From NCBI RefSeq assembly GCF_003334355.1, contig NZ_QOWP01000004.1: DNA of 64,000 bases; one strand, written 5' to 3'. The position numbers and the translations under genes are program-made. Under the pieces are notes generated by a model. That model saw only the letters and a program-made list of their open reading frames with translations, did not search any database and had not been told where the DNA came from. Position 1 is the stretch's first letter. Every line of letters starts with the position of its first letter. This document shows, one piece after another, positions 45,325-57,625 of the stretch. This stretch comes from Escherichia coli. GTDB lineage: Bacteria; Pseudomonadota; Gammaproteobacteria; Enterobacterales; Enterobacteriaceae.

Positions 45325-45528
45325 TTCTTCACCTCTAAAATGCGTGTTCGTCGTCATCGCAACCCCAAATGATATACATGCTGTTAACATAATATTAACT
45401 CATCATACCAGCTTGATAATTACCCAACGAAAAGGTTGCGAAGCGCGTCACTATTTATTTTTATCTTTACCGTAAGAATGCAGAAACAGCGGACCAGCCG
45501 CTGTTTCTTTTTCTTTAAAAACAAGCAA

Positions 45529-46110
45529 TTATTCAGTTACAACTGTTTGTACTCTCGCGGGACCGGGATTATACCAGCCCCATCCGCCGTAGCCATAGGG
45601 CCAGCCACGACCGCCATAAAACCATGGATCAATCGGCTGAGGCGGCATAATCACCTGCTGGGTTAAATGCCAACGTTTGTAACCCGTTACTTGCATCACC
45701 ATAAATTTATAGGGCGTATTGCCGATTTTGCCGTCAACCGCACCAGTGATTGGCCCGACTACCGTAACCAGTTGTCCACGGAAATCCACCGGGTCCAGAA
45801 AACCGTTCACATCGGCATAAATGCGACCGCGAGAAGGTTCTCCCAGCGTCGGTCTGGCTCCGCTGTCCAGCGGTACGGTAGCAATTTCCAGGCGGGTTTT
45901 CCCTTGCTGGTTTTGTACCGCAACCACTTTGCCACCAAAGCGTGCCTCCTGACCAACGTACAGCTGCGGCGCACTCATCACCCGAACTAAATCTTGTTGC
46001 GGCGTGGGACTGCTGCCTTTAATGGCGTCCGGCACAGTGACACAACCGCTCAGCATTAGCGCAAACGTACCTGCCAGTATGCCTTTGATAACATTCTTTT
46101 GAACCGCCAT
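45529..46110 (-). CDS. yeaY: Slp-family outer-membrane lipoprotein YeaY
   Basis: 193 aa; lipobox LSGC. Confidence 0.9.
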
Positions 46111-46149
46111 GGTGCGACTCCTTTTTTTCTCAGGGCATACTCTTAAGAT

Positions 46150-46845
46150 TCATTCTTTGCCCGGAAGTTTCTTCCATGCGACGTTGTTACGTAAATAAAC
46201 CGGTTCGGCATGTTCCACCGCCACCGTTTTACCCTCGGCAAACATCTGACACGCAATCGGCAGCATATCTTCAGCAGCAGGCAGTAACACTTCGCCATCG
46301 CGCAAAACCAGCCCGCTCTCTTTACCGAGATCCGGCCAAGCTTGCCAGCCCGTCCCTACCGTCACCCATTCGCCGGAAAGCTGTTGCATTCGTTCATGGA
46401 CGATTTCGGGTTTGAGTACGGCTTCGGTTTCTTCACCGTGCCAGATACCGTTTTCATCACGCTGATATTCGGCCCAGTAAACTTCGCCCATTCGCGCGTC
46501 AATGGCTGCCAGCACGCGGGTTGCGCCGTTTTTGCGCCACGCCCCTTGCGCCATCGTCATTAGCGTGGAGACGCCAATCATCGGTAATTCCGCGCCAAGC
46601 GCCAGCCCTTGCGCGATGCCAATACCAATGCGCACGCCAGTAAAGCTACCGGGGCCGCGCCCGTAAGCCAGAGCGTTAATATCAGTCAGGGAAGTTCCGC
46701 TGGTGGTCAGGATATCCTGCACCATCGGTAAGATTCGTTGAGTATGTTCACGAGGGCAAAGCTCAAAATGAGCGTTGACAGTACCGTCGTTCCACAGGGC
46801 GACAGAGCAGGCCTCTGTCGCGGTATCGATAGCCAGAATTCGCAT
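46150..46845 (-). CDS. tsaB: tRNA threonylcarbamoyladenosine biosynthesis protein TsaB
   Basis: 231 aa [17 protein letters not shown]. Confidence 0.93.
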   Translation of the reverse strand: MRILAIDTATEACSVALWNDGTVNAHFELCPREHTQRILPMVQDILTTSGTSLTDINALAYGRGPGSFTGVRIGIGIAQGLALGAELPMIGVSTLMTMAQGAWRKNGATRVLAAIDARMGEVYWAEYQRDENGIWHGEETEAVLKPEIVHERMQQLSGEWVTVGTGWQAWPDLGKESGLVLRDGEVLLPAAEDMLPIACQMFAEGKTVAVEHAEPVYLRNNVAWKKLPGKE

Positions 46846-46902
46846 GGGTCTTCGTGCTTAGATCAATAAAAAGGCGCGCATCATACCATACTCCGTAACA
46901 AA

Positions 46903-48813
46903 TTACCTGGAGGATGGTATCGCAAGGAAACGAACCGCACGGGCAATGTCACGGGTGCGTGGCGCGGGCGGCAGACTGGCGAGAAACGTCGCGCCGTAAG
47001 GACGCATCACCAGCCGATTGTCACAAATCACCAGCACGCCACGATCGTCGGCGTCGCGAATCAGTCGCCCTACCCCCTGTTTGAGAGTAATGACGGCATC
47101 TGGTAGTTGCACTTCATCGAACGGGTCGCCACCGCGCAAACGACAATCTTCCATGCGCGCTTTTAACAGTGGATCATCCGGCGAGGTAAACGGCAATTTG
47201 TCGATAATTACCAATGACAATGTATCGCCACGCACGTCCACCCCTTCCCAGAAACTACTGGTTGCCACAAGAAGCGCATTACCGGCACTGACAAACTGCT
47301 GCAACAGTTGGCCTTTACTGGTTTCCCCCTGCAACAAAACGGGAAGCGTCATGGTAGCGCGGAACTGCTCGGCCAGATCGCGCATCATGGCGTGCGAGGT
47401 ACAAAGCATAAAACAACGACCGTTGTTAGCTTCGATGATCGGTCGCAGCATTGCCGCTAACTGGCGAGCAGAACCTGGCTGGTTGGTTTGCGGCAGATTG
47501 CGCGGCACACAGAGTAACGCCTGGCGGCTGTAATCAAACGGGCTTGGCAATAGCAACGACTCCGCCTGTTCTATCCCAAGCCGCGAGGTGAAATGATGCA
47601 GATCGTCGTTCACCGACAGCGTTGCTGAGGTGAAGATCCAGCTACCGGGCTTTTGCGCCATTAACTCTTTGAATTTATCCGCCACGCTGAGCGGCGTGAG
47701 AGCCAGAGTAAAATGGCGCGAAGTGCATTCGTACCAGTAGCTGTAGCCCGGCTGATTGATCTCTTTTAGCCGCTTCAGCCGTGTGCGATACAACGTGGCG
47801 CGCTCAAATGCCGCATCCAGCAAGGCGGAACGCCCCAGTGACAGTTTTGCCACGTCATAACAAAGTTCCAGGGTGTCATCGAGCAGTAAAAATGCCCGCT
47901 GAATTTGCGGATTAGCTAACAGCTCACGCAGGTTACCGCGATAACCTGGCTCACCGAGTTGCAGACGAAAATCCTGCGCACTCTGGGCAAGACGATCAGC
48001 GCACTTTTGTAACTGCTGGGTGTCTTTTAATTCGGTGCGGTAGGCGATGGTGATGTCTTTTGCCAGGTCGAGCAGTTGTCGACTGGAGAGTGACTGACCA
48101 AAATACTGGCTGGCAATGTCCGGTAGCTGGTGGGCTTCGTCGAAGATCATGACGTCCGCTTCCGGGATCAGTTCGCCAAATCCACTCTCTTTAACCACCA
48201 TATCCGCCAGAAAGAGATGATGGTTTACCACCACCACATCGGCGTCCATCGCTTTTTTACGTGCTTTGACCACAAAGCAATCTTTATACATCGGGCAGTC
48301 GCTGCCAAGACAGTTGTCGTTGGTGCTGGTGACCAGCGGCCACGCCTGTGAATCTTCCGCCACGCTGACGCAGGTGCTGATATCACCATCGACTGTTTGA
48401 TTAGACCAGGAGCGCAGCAGGATCACATCGCTTAAGATTTGTACCGGCAGATCGCCCCCCGCCAGCGCCTGCTGTTCGAGACGTTCGAGGCAGAGGTAGT
48501 TTGAGCGCCCTTTCAGCAGCGCCACGTTGCCCGTATATTTCAATGCCTTTGAGACTGTTGGCAAATCGCGGCTGTAGAGCTGATCCTGCAACGCTTTTGA
48601 GCCGGTCGAGATAATGACTTTCTTTTTCGCCCGCAGCGCAGGAGCCAGGTAAGCGTAGGTTTTGCCCGTACCGGTTCCTGCTTCCACCACCAGCGGCTGG
48701 CCTTTTTCTATCGCCTGGGTGACGGCTACCGCCATCTGTCGCTGTGGTTCTCGCGGCTTAAAGCCTGGTATCGCTTTCGCCAGCTGACCGTCTGGTGCAA
48801 AATCGTCCGTCAC
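46903..48813 (-). CDS. yoaA: DinG-family ATP-dependent helicase YoaA
   Basis: 636 aa; Walker A AGTGTGKT and DEAH-like box FDEAH. Confidence 0.93.
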   Translation of the reverse strand: MTDDFAPDGQLAKAIPGFKPREPQRQMAVAVTQAIEKGQPLVVEAGTGTGKTYAYLAPALRAKKKVIISTGSKALQDQLYSRDLPTVSKALKYTGNVALLKGRSNYLCLERLEQQALAGGDLPVQILSDVILLRSWSNQTVDGDISTCVSVAEDSQAWPLVTSTNDNCLGSDCPMYKDCFVVKARKKAMDADVVVVNHHLFLADMVVKESGFGELIPEADVMIFDEAHQLPDIASQYFGQSLSSRQLLDLAKDITIAYRTELKDTQQLQKCADRLAQSAQDFRLQLGEPGYRGNLRELLANPQIQRAFLLLDDTLELCYDVAKLSLGRSALLDAAFERATLYRTRLKRLKEINQPGYSYWYECTSRHFTLALTPLSVADKFKELMAQKPGSWIFTSATLSVNDDLHHFTSRLGIEQAESLLLPSPFDYSRQALLCVPRNLPQTNQPGSARQLAAMLRPIIEANNGRCFMLCTSHAMMRDLAEQFRATMTLPVLLQGETSKGQLLQQFVSAGNALLVATSSFWEGVDVRGDTLSLVIIDKLPFTSPDDPLLKARMEDCRLRGGDPFDEVQLPDAVITLKQGVGRLIRDADDRGVLVICDNRLVMRPYGATFLASLPPAPRTRDIARAVRFLAIPSSR

Positions 48814-48944
48814 ACTACCCCCTGTTGATTTGAACAGGGATTATGTCAGGATGAGGGCGCTTTCGCCAGTTGAAGTGGTGACGGCGACCTCACATTGTGG
48901 CAGTCTTTGCAGCACGAAAATGGAAGTATAATGAGGACAAAATG

Positions 48945-49289
48945 ATGACTATCGTTCGTATCGATGCTGAAGCCCGCTGGTCTGATGTAGTAATCCACAA
49001 CAACACGCTCTACTACACTGGTGTACCGGAAAACCTCGACGCCGATGCCTTTGAGCAAACCGCCAACACGCTGGCACAGATTGACGCCGTGCTGGAAAAA
49101 CAGGGCAGCAATAAATCGAGCATTCTGGATGCCACCATTTTCCTGGCCGATAAAAACGACTTCGCGGCGATGAATAAAGCGTGGGATGCCTGGGTTGTGG
49201 CGGGTCATGCGCCGGTGCGCTGCACGGTGCAAGCGGGACTGATGAACCCGAAGTATAAAGTTGAAATTAAGATTGTGGCTGCGGTGTAA
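48945..49289 (+). CDS. yoaB: RidA/YjgF-family protein YoaB
   Basis: ORF 48897..49289; ATG 48945 gives 114 aa MTIVRIDAEARW. Confidence 0.88.
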   Translation: MTIVRIDAEARWSDVVIHNNTLYYTGVPENLDADAFEQTANTLAQIDAVLEKQGSNKSSILDATIFLADKNDFAAMNKAWDAWVVAGHAPVRCTVQAGLMNPKYKVEIKIVAAV

Positions 49290-49710
49290 GCTTTATCGAA
49301 GCAAAATAAGTCAGACGATAATTTATCGATAATACTGGTCGGTTTTACATAAATCGACCAGAGATTAAGATATTACTGTTGATGCTCCTGCTAATTCATT
49401 ATTTATTTTTATAATTTCAATTTTAGCTATAAAGCTAACTATATAAATAAACATAACCATGCCGTTGTGTTCGCCCTTCGATTAGCACCTCTGGTTTTCT
49501 TTCTTAGCTGAACAATCTGGTTATAGCGTGCGGACTGACCGTTAATTTTCTCCATCTTACTGGATAACACACCATGAGCTGCTACCTTTAAAACACCTGA
49601 ATGTCAACAGGTTAACTCGTGCCATATCGTTATAATCCCTTTGATATTAGATGCAAATTAAGGTCATATATAGCCTTATCGATAACATGGTTAATTTTAA
49701 GGATAAGAAT

Positions 49711-50010
49711 ATGCCTGCTGTAATAGATAAAGCCCTGGATTTCATTGGTGCCATGGATGTATCAGCGCCAACACCAAGTTCGATGAATGAAAGCACAGCG
49801 AAGGGAATCTTTAAATATTTAAAAGAACTGGGAGTACCCGCGAGTGCCGCTGATATTACGGCGCGAGCTGACCAGGAAGGCTGGAACCCTGGGTTCACGG
49901 AAAAAATGGTTGGATGGGCAAAAAAAATGGAGTCTGGTGAACGCACTGTAATTAAAAATCCTGAATACTTTTCAACATATATGCAGGAAGAACTAAAAGC
50001 ACTGGTCTGA
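49711..50010 (+). CDS. yoaC: DUF1889 protein YoaC
   Basis: ORF 49651..50010; ATG 49711 with aagga RBS gives 99 aa MPAVIDKALDF. Confidence 0.85.
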   Translation: MPAVIDKALDFIGAMDVSAPTPSSMNESTAKGIFKYLKELGVPASAADITARADQEGWNPGFTEKMVGWAKKMESGERTVIKNPEYFSTYMQEELKALV

Positions 50011-50037
50011 GTTTAATTTATATCAGCATAAATGGGT

Positions 50038-50076
50038 CAGGACGCTTTTAATCACATATAAAAAGCGTCCTTTTTC
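50038..50076 (+). terminator. Rho-independent terminator after yoaC
   Basis: aggacgctttt ... aaaagcgtcct inverted repeat followed by TTTTTCT. Confidence 0.7.
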
Positions 50077-50129
50077 TCACAATCAAATAATCATCGGATT
50101 CTATAACGAAATCGATACGGATTAGTGTG

Positions 50130-50309
50130 TTACTCGTCTTCATCCTCAAAACGCGCCACGATTCGCTCGCCGGAGTGGTTGGCACGCAGCTCTTCTGCCA
50201 CCAGCGCGATTGCCTGGCCGCTGCTCATCCCTTGTGCCATCAGTTCCTGGATCCGCTCGACAGCTTTTTGCTGCTGTTCATGGGTGAGTGAAGGTAAACC
50301 TGCAAACAT
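50130..50309 (-). CDS. yoaH: UPF0181 small protein YoaH (59 aa)
   Basis: Minus-strand ATG 50309; C-terminus ...RFEDEDE then TAA at 50132..50130; the ORF track lists only the opposite-strand shadow ORF. Confidence 0.75.
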
Positions 50310-50382
50310 TGTTAACTCCTGCTAAATTGTTGGCGCTAATTATTTCATGCTACCCGGCACATAGCCAGTAGAGTCAGGACTG

Positions 50383-51744
50383 ATGAAGACGTTATCTCCC
50401 GCTGTGATTACTTTACCCTGGCGTCAGGACGCCGCTGAATTTTATTTCTCCCGCTTAAGCCACCTGCCGTGGGCGATGCTTTTACACTCCGGCTATGCCG
50501 ATCATCCGTATAGCCGCTTTGATATTGTGGTCGCCGATCCGATTTGCACTTTAACCACTTTCGGTAAAGAAACCGTTGTTAGTGAAAGCGAAAAACGCAC
50601 AACGACCACTGATGACCCGCTACAGGTGCTCCAGCAGGTGCTGGATCGCGCAGACATTCGCCCAACGCATAACGAAGATTTGCCATTTCAGGGCGGCGCA
50701 CTGGGGTTGTTTGGCTACGATCTGGGCCGCCGTTTTGAGTCACTGCCAGAAATTGCGGAACAAGATATCGTTCTGCCGGATATGGCAGTGGGTATCTACG
50801 ATTGGGCGCTCATTGTCGACCACCAGCGTCATACAGTTTCTTTGCTGAGTCATAATGATGTCAATGCCCGTCGGGCCTGGCTGGAAAGCCAGCAATTCTC
50901 GCCGCAGGAAGATTTCACGCTCACTTCCGACTGGCAATCCAATATGACCCGCGAGCAGTACGGCGAAAAATTTCGCCAGGTACAGGAATATCTGCACAGC
51001 GGTGATTGCTATCAGGTGAATCTCGCCCAGCGTTTTCATGCGACCTATTCTGGCGATGAATGGCAGGCATTCCTTCAGCTTAATCAGGCCAACCGCGCGC
51101 CATTTAGCGCTTTTTTACGTCTTGAACAGGGTGCAATTTTAAGCCTTTCGCCAGAGCGGTTTATTCTTTGTGATAATAGTGAAATCCAGACCCGCCCGAT
51201 TAAAGGCACGCTACCACGCCTGCCCGATCCTCAGGAAGATAGCAAACAAGCAGAAAAACTGGCGAACTCAGCGAAAGATCGTGCCGAAAATCTGATGATT
51301 GTCGATTTAATGCGTAATGATATCGGTCGTGTTGCCGTAGCCGGTTCGGTAAAAGTACCAGAGCTGTTCGTGGTGGAACCCTTCCCTGCCGTGCATCATC
51401 TGGTCAGCACTATAACGGCGCGACTACCAGAACAGTTACACGCCAGCGATCTGCTGCGCGCAGCTTTTCCTGGTGGCTCAATAACCGGGGCTCCGAAAGT
51501 ACGGGCTATGGAAATTATCGACGAACTGGAACCGCAGCGACGTAATGCCTGGTGCGGCAGCATTGGCTATTTGAGCTTTTGCGGCAACATGGATACCAGC
51601 ATTACTATCCGCACGCTGACTGCCATTAACGGACAAATATACTGCTCTGCGGGCGGTGGAATTGTCGCCGATAGCCAGGAAGAAGCGGAATATCAGGAAA
51701 CTTTTGATAAAGTTAATAAGATATTACGCCAACTGGAGAAGTAA
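50383..51744 (+). CDS. pabB: Aminodeoxychorismate synthase component I
   Basis: 453 aa; chorismate-binding family with PIKGT motif. Confidence 0.95.
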   Translation: MKTLSPAVITLPWRQDAAEFYFSRLSHLPWAMLLHSGYADHPYSRFDIVVADPICTLTTFGKETVVSESEKRTTTTDDPLQVLQQVLDRADIRPTHNEDLPFQGGALGLFGYDLGRRFESLPEIAEQDIVLPDMAVGIYDWALIVDHQRHTVSLLSHNDVNARRAWLESQQFSPQEDFTLTSDWQSNMTREQYGEKFRQVQEYLHSGDCYQVNLAQRFHATYSGDEWQAFLQLNQANRAPFSAFLRLEQGAILSLSPERFILCDNSEIQTRPIKGTLPRLPDPQEDSKQAEKLANSAKDRAENLMIVDLMRNDIGRVAVAGSVKVPELFVVEPFPAVHHLVSTITARLPEQLHASDLLRAAFPGGSITGAPKVRAMEIIDELEPQRRNAWCGSIGYLSFCGNMDTSITIRTLTAINGQIYCSAGGGIVADSQEEAEYQETFDKVNKILRQLEK

Positions 51745-51747
51745 GAC

Positions 51748-52326
51748 GTGGAATACCGTAGCCTGACGCTTGATGATTTTTTATCTCGCTTTCAACTTTT
51801 GCGCCCGCAAATTAACCGGGAAACCCTAAATCATCGTCAGGCTGCCGTGTTAATCCCCATCGTCCGTCGACCGCAACCGGGGTTGTTGCTGACTCAGCGT
51901 TCAATTCATCTGCGTAAACACGCTGGACAAGTGGCATTCCCTGGAGGTGCAGTCGATGACACGGACGCATCAGTTATCGCCGCCGCGCTGCGCGAAGCTG
52001 AAGAAGAGGTCGCTATACCGCCTTCCGCCGTTGAAGTTATCGGCGTGCTGCCGCCCGTCGATAGCGTAACTGGCTATCAGGTAACCCCAGTGGTCGGCAT
52101 TATCCCGCCCGATCTGCCGTATCGCGCCAGTGAAGATGAAGTCTCGGCGATGTTTGAAATGCCGCTCGCCCAGGCATTACATCTGGGTCGTTATCACCCT
52201 TTAGATATCTACCGCCGTGGCGATTCACATCGGGTATGGCTGTCCTGGTACGAACAGTATTTTGTATGGGGAATGACCGCAGGCATAATTCGTGAGCTGG
52301 CGCTGCAAATTGGTGTGAAACCCTGA
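51748..52326 (+). CDS. nudL: Nudix hydrolase NudL (CoA pyrophosphohydrolase-type)
   Basis: 192 aa; Nudix box [25 protein letters not shown]. Confidence 0.93.
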   Translation: MEYRSLTLDDFLSRFQLLRPQINRETLNHRQAAVLIPIVRRPQPGLLLTQRSIHLRKHAGQVAFPGGAVDDTDASVIAAALREAEEEVAIPPSAVEVIGVLPPVDSVTGYQVTPVVGIIPPDLPYRASEDEVSAMFEMPLAQALHLGRYHPLDIYRRGDSHRVWLSWYEQYFVWGMTAGIIRELALQIGVKP

Positions 52327-52509
52327 CTATACTTATCTTTACATCTACAAAACACTACTTGAGACAATCATCGCAATATTAGTTAAATCGCGGTTTTTGA
52401 TTAGTTTAATTCATGTGAATAGTTAAGCCAGTCGCCGCGTTCCCTCTTACACTATGCGCTGTTATTAGTTCGTTACTGGAAGTCCAGTCACCTTGTCAGG
52501 AGTATTATC

Positions 52510-53874
52510 GTGATTAGTCTATTCGACATGTTTAAGGTGGGGATTGGTCCCTCATCTTCCCATACCGTAGGGCCTATGAAGGCGGGTAAACAGTTCGTCG
52601 ATGATCTGGTCGAAAAAGGCTTACTGGATAGCGTTACTCGCGTTGCCGTGGACGTTTATGGTTCACTGTCGCTGACGGGTAAAGGCCACCACACCGATAT
52701 CGCCATTATTATGGGTCTTGCAGGTAACGAACCTGCCACCGTGGATATCGACAGTATTCCCGGTTTTATTCGCGACGTAGAAGAGCGCGAACGTCTGCTG
52801 CTAGCACAGGGACGGCATGAAGTGGATTTCCCGCGCGACAACGGGATGCGTTTTCATAACGGCAACCTGCCGCTGCATGAAAACGGTATGCAAATCCACG
52901 CCTATAACGGCGATGAAGTCGTCTACAGCAAAACTTATTATTCCATCGGCGGTGGTTTTATCGTCGATGAAGAACACTTTGGTCAGGATGCTGCCAACGA
53001 AGTGAGCGTGCCGTATCCGTTCAAATCTGCCACCGAACTGCTCGCGTACTGTAATGAAACCGGCTATTCGCTGTCTGGTCTCGCTATGCAGAACGAACTG
53101 GCGCTGCACAGCAAGAAAGAGATCGACGAGTATTTCGCGCATGTCTGGCAAACCATGCAGGCATGTATCGATCGCGGGATGAACACCGAAGGTGTACTGC
53201 CAGGCCCGCTGCGCGTGCCACGTCGTGCGTCTGCCCTGCGCCGGATGTTAGTTTCCAGCGATAAACTGTCTAACGATCCGATGAATGTCATTGACTGGGT
53301 AAACATGTTTGCGCTGGCAGTTAACGAAGAAAACGCCGCCGGTGGTCGTGTGGTAACTGCGCCAACCAACGGTGCCTGCGGTATCGTTCCGGCAGTGCTG
53401 GCTTACTATGACCACTTTATTGAATCGGTCAGCCCGGACATCTATACCCGTTACTTTATGGTAGCGGGCGCGATTGGTGCATTGTATAAAATGAACGCCT
53501 CTATTTCCGGTGCGGAAGTTGGTTGCCAGGGCGAAGTGGGTGTTGCCTGTTCAATGGCTGCTGCGGGTCTTGCAGAACTGCTGGGCGGTAGCCCGGAACA
53601 GGTTTGCGTGGCGGCGGAAATTGGCATGGAACACAACCTTGGTTTAACCTGCGACCCGGTTGCAGGGCAGGTTCAGGTGCCGTGCATTGAGCGTAATGCC
53701 ATTGCCTCTGTGAAGGCGATTAACGCCGCACGGATGGCTCTGCGCCGCACCAGTGCACCGCGCGTCTCGCTGGATAAGGTCATCGAAACGATGTACGAAA
53801 CCGGTAAGGACATGAACGCCAAATACCGCGAAACCTCACGCGGTGGTCTGGCAATCAAAGTCCAGTGTGACTAA
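52510..53874 (+). CDS. sdaA: L-serine dehydratase 1
   Basis: 454 aa [23 protein letters not shown]. Confidence 0.95.
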   Translation: MISLFDMFKVGIGPSSSHTVGPMKAGKQFVDDLVEKGLLDSVTRVAVDVYGSLSLTGKGHHTDIAIIMGLAGNEPATVDIDSIPGFIRDVEERERLLLAQGRHEVDFPRDNGMRFHNGNLPLHENGMQIHAYNGDEVVYSKTYYSIGGGFIVDEEHFGQDAANEVSVPYPFKSATELLAYCNETGYSLSGLAMQNELALHSKKEIDEYFAHVWQTMQACIDRGMNTEGVLPGPLRVPRRASALRRMLVSSDKLSNDPMNVIDWVNMFALAVNEENAAGGRVVTAPTNGACGIVPAVLAYYDHFIESVSPDIYTRYFMVAGAIGALYKMNASISGAEVGCQGEVGVACSMAAAGLAELLGGSPEQVCVAAEIGMEHNLGLTCDPVAGQVQVPCIERNAIASVKAINAARMALRRTSAPRVSLDKVIETMYETGKDMNAKYRETSRGGLAIKVQCD

Positions 53875-53884
53875 TACTTCTTAC

Positions 53885-53915
53885 TCGCCCATCTGCAACG
53901 GATGGGCGAATTTAT
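53885..53915 (+). terminator. Putative terminator hairpin after sdaA
   Basis: tcgcccatc-tgcaacg-gatgggcga 9-bp stem followed by ATTTAT. Confidence 0.55.
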
Positions 53916-54004
53916 ACCCGCTTTCTCGTCTGCTGTAATATTCCCCACTACACTTCCACTGTTGCGTCAGGCGTTTGTCGCCATACGCTTACAGGGTGGC
54001 CCGC

Positions 54005-55603
54005 ATGCAAAAAGCACAACGGATCATTAAAACCTATCGCCGTAATCGAATGATTGTTTGTACGATTTGCGCACTCGTTACGCTCGCTTCGACCCTGAGC
54101 GTGCGATTTATTTCACAGCGTAACTTAAATCAACAACGGGTAGTACAATTCGCCAATCACGCTGTAGAGGAATTAGATAAAGTACTGCTTCCCCTACAGG
54201 CAGGTAGCGAAGTCTTGCTTCCGCTGATTGGTCTGCCCTGCTCTGTCGCCCATTTGCCATTACGTAAACAGGCGGCAAAACTCCAAACTGTGCGATCCAT
54301 TGGCCTGGTGCAAGACGGCACACTTTATTGCTCCAGCATTTTTGGTTATCGCAATGTGCCCGTCGTGGACATTCTGGCTGAACTTCCTGCACCGCAACCA
54401 CTTTTACGCCTGACGATCGACCGTGCCCTGATTAAAGGCAGTCCGGTTTTGATTCAATGGACGCCTGCAGCGGGCAGTAGCAATGCTGGGGTCATGGAGA
54501 TGATTAACATCGACTTACTGACGGCAATGCTCCTTGAGCCACAACTGCCGCAAATCAGTAGCGCCAGCCTGACGGTGGACAAACGGCATTTGCTCTATGG
54601 TAATGGGCTGGTAGATTCCCTTCCGCAACCTGAAGACAATGAAAACTATCAGGTTTCTTCGCAACGCTTTCCTTTTACCATTAACGTTAATGGTCCGGGG
54701 GCTACGGCGCTGGCATGGCACTATCTTCCAACACAATTACCGCTGGCGGTGCTGCTAAGTTTACTGGTGGGCTACATCGCCTGGCTGGCGACCGCTTACC
54801 GGATGAGCTTTTCCCGCGAAATCAATCTGGGCCTAGCGCAACATGAGTTCGAATTGTTCTGTCAGCCTTTGCTTAATGCGCGCAGCCAGCAATGTATTGG
54901 TGTAGAGATTTTGCTGCGCTGGAACAATCCGCGTCAGGGCTGGATTTCACCGGATGTGTTTATTCCTATCGCGGAAGAACATCATTTAATTGTGCCACTG
55001 ACCCGCTATGTGATGGCAGAAACCATTCGTCAGCGCCATGTTTTCCCGATGAGTAGTCAGTTTCATGTTGGCATTAACGTCGCACCCAGCCATTTTCGCC
55101 GTGGTGTGCTGATAAAAGATCTCAATCAGTACTGGTTTAGCGCTCACCCGATTCAGCAACTGATCCTCGAAATCACCGAACGCGATGCCTTACTGGATGT
55201 TGATTATCGGATTGCCCGCGAGCTACATCGTAAAAACGTCAAACTGGCGATTGATGACTTCGGCACCGGCAACAGTTCATTTTCCTGGCTTGAAACATTA
55301 CGTCCTGACGTGCTGAAAATTGATAAGTCATTTACCGCAGCTATAGGTTCTGACGCGGTTAACTCGACGGTGACCGATATCATCATCGCGCTGGGGCAAA
55401 GACTGAATATTGAACTGGTGGCGGAGGGCGTGGAAACGCAAGAACAGGCGAAGTATTTGCGCCGTCATGGCGTGCATATTTTGCAAGGGTATTTGTACGC
55501 ACAGCCGATGCCGCTACGTGATTTTCCCAAATGGCTGGCGGGCAGCCAACCGCCGCCCGCCCGGCATAATGGACATATCACGCCCATTATGCCGTTACGT
55601 TAA
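54005..55603 (+). CDS. pdeD: EAL-domain c-di-GMP phosphodiesterase with N-terminal membrane/periplasmic sensor
   Basis: ORF 53975..55603; ATG 54005 gives 532 aa; EAL-type motif region CQPLLN...GVEILLRW. Confidence 0.9.
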   Translation: MQKAQRIIKTYRRNRMIVCTICALVTLASTLSVRFISQRNLNQQRVVQFANHAVEELDKVLLPLQAGSEVLLPLIGLPCSVAHLPLRKQAAKLQTVRSIGLVQDGTLYCSSIFGYRNVPVVDILAELPAPQPLLRLTIDRALIKGSPVLIQWTPAAGSSNAGVMEMINIDLLTAMLLEPQLPQISSASLTVDKRHLLYGNGLVDSLPQPEDNENYQVSSQRFPFTINVNGPGATALAWHYLPTQLPLAVLLSLLVGYIAWLATAYRMSFSREINLGLAQHEFELFCQPLLNARSQQCIGVEILLRWNNPRQGWISPDVFIPIAEEHHLIVPLTRYVMAETIRQRHVFPMSSQFHVGINVAPSHFRRGVLIKDLNQYWFSAHPIQQLILEITERDALLDVDYRIARELHRKNVKLAIDDFGTGNSSFSWLETLRPDVLKIDKSFTAAIGSDAVNSTVTDIIIALGQRLNIELVAEGVETQEQAKYLRRHGVHILQGYLYAQPMPLRDFPKWLAGSQPPPARHNGHITPIMPLR

Positions 55604-55606
55604 TGC

Positions 55607-57163
55607 TTACTCATCTTCATCGTGCGCCGGTTGCTCTTTAACAATGCGAACCAGATCAACACGATAATCATTGGCTTCAATGATGGTGATATGCAGTGGC
55701 CCTACATCAATCACATCGCCCACACGGGGAATGTGACCATTTGCCGAGATCACGAGGCCCGCGACCGTCGCGATATCATCGTCATCGGCAAGGTGCTCAA
55801 CATCAAGCGCCTGCTGCAAGGCATGCAAATCTGTACCGCCTTTTACCAGCCAGCCGTCACCATCAGTAATGATTTCCGGCGTTTCGTCAGCGTCCGGGAA
55901 TTCACCCGCAATGGCTTCCAGCACATCCAGCGGCGTGACCAGACCTTGTACCACACCAAACTCGTTGGTCACGATAACAAAGCTCCCGCGAGCACGACGC
56001 AGCACGCCCAACAGGTTGATCGGATCGAGGGTTTCCGGGACGATAATCGCCGGAGACGCCGAAGCAATCGCCGCCACATCAACGCCCTCTTCCAGCGCCA
56101 CCAGCAGTTCTTTAGCACGTACAATACCGATGATTTCATCCAGTTCACCGCGACATACCGGGAACAGACTGTGCGGTGAAGAGAGCAGTTGCTCGCGGAT
56201 TTCATCGACCCCGAGATTAGCGTCAACCCAGCTTATTTCACCGCGCGGCGTCATGATCCCGCGCAGAGAACGCGACGCCAGCGTCAGTACGCCGTTAATC
56301 ATGTAACGTTCTTCTTCGGCAAATGCACCTTCCGGGATCGGCATCGGCATCGGGTTATCGGCATCGTGCTGAACATTGGCCTGACGTTTCCCGCCCATCA
56401 AACGCAGGATGGCATCGGCAGTACGCGCTCGCAGCGGCAAAGTCGACTGGTGGCGAATAAAGTTGCGACGCGCAATCTGGTTAAACACTTCGATGATGAT
56501 CGAGAAGCCAATCGCGGCATACAGGTAACCTTTCGGAATGTGGAAACCGAAACCTTCTGCCACCAGACTCAGACCAATCATTAACAGGAAGCTCAGACAG
56601 AGCACCACCACCGTGGGGTGCTGGTTAACGAATCGCGTCAGCGGTTTGGATGCCAGCAACATAACCGCCATCGCAATCACTACCGCCGCCATCATCACCG
56701 GCAGATGGTTAACCATCCCTACTGCAGTAATTACCGCATCCAACGAGAAGACGGCGTCAAGGATGACAATCTGTGTGACGACCACCCAGAAACTGGCGTA
56801 GCCTTTACCGTGGCCGGAATCATGATCGCGGTTTTCCAGCCGTTCATGCAGTTCGGTTGTTGCTTTGAACAGCAAGAATATCCCCCCGAACAACATAATC
56901 AGGTCGCGTCCGGAGAAGGAGAAATCCATGACGGTAAATAGCGGTTTGGTCAGCGTGACCATCCATGAAATCAGCGACAGCAGCCCCAGACGCATAATCA
57001 GCGCCAGTGATAACCCCAGCAAACGCGCTTTATCGCGTTGTTTTGGCGGCAGTTTGTCAGCAAGAATGGCGATGAAGACCAGGTTATCGATACCCAGCAC
57101 AATTTCGAGAACAACAAGCGTGAGTAGCCCCGCCCAAATTGAGGGGTCCATTAAGAATTCCAT
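55607..57163 (-). CDS. yoaE: TerC-family membrane protein with CBS/CorC domains YoaE
   Basis: 518 aa; N-terminal TM domain plus C-terminal CBS pair. Confidence 0.92.
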
Positions 57164-57625
57164 GACAAGCTCCTGCTTAAGGAATAGCTATTCGACGCCA
57201 GAAATAATGCAGGCGTAACGACAAAATGCAAACGAAAGGTGCGGCATAGAGTGCCAGAAAGGCAGGCGTTAAAAGGCCTGATGCTGAAATGACGTCGGTG
57301 ACGATCCATACTGCGGGCTACTGCCCTATACTCCATGGTTGTTAAACGGGAGTTAAACATATCAGAGACGCCTCTGATTTGGCAAAGATTTACCTTCCTT
57401 TGCAAACGAATGTGACAAGGATATTTTACCTTTCGAAATTTCTGCTAATCGAAAGTTAAATTACGGATCTTCATCACATAAAATAATTTTTTCGATATCT
57501 AAAATAAATCGCGAAACGCAGGGGTTTTTGGTTGTAGCCCTTATCTGAATCGATTCGATTGTGGACGACGATTCAAAAATACATCTGGCACGTTGAGGTG
57601 TTAACGATAATAAAGGAGGTAGCAA

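Noticed and set aside
57164-57625. Possible Mlc/NagC or CRP operators in the manX promoter region (for example aaataaatcgcgaaacg)
   Set aside because: Resemblance to consensus is too weak to call without a position-weight-matrix scan.
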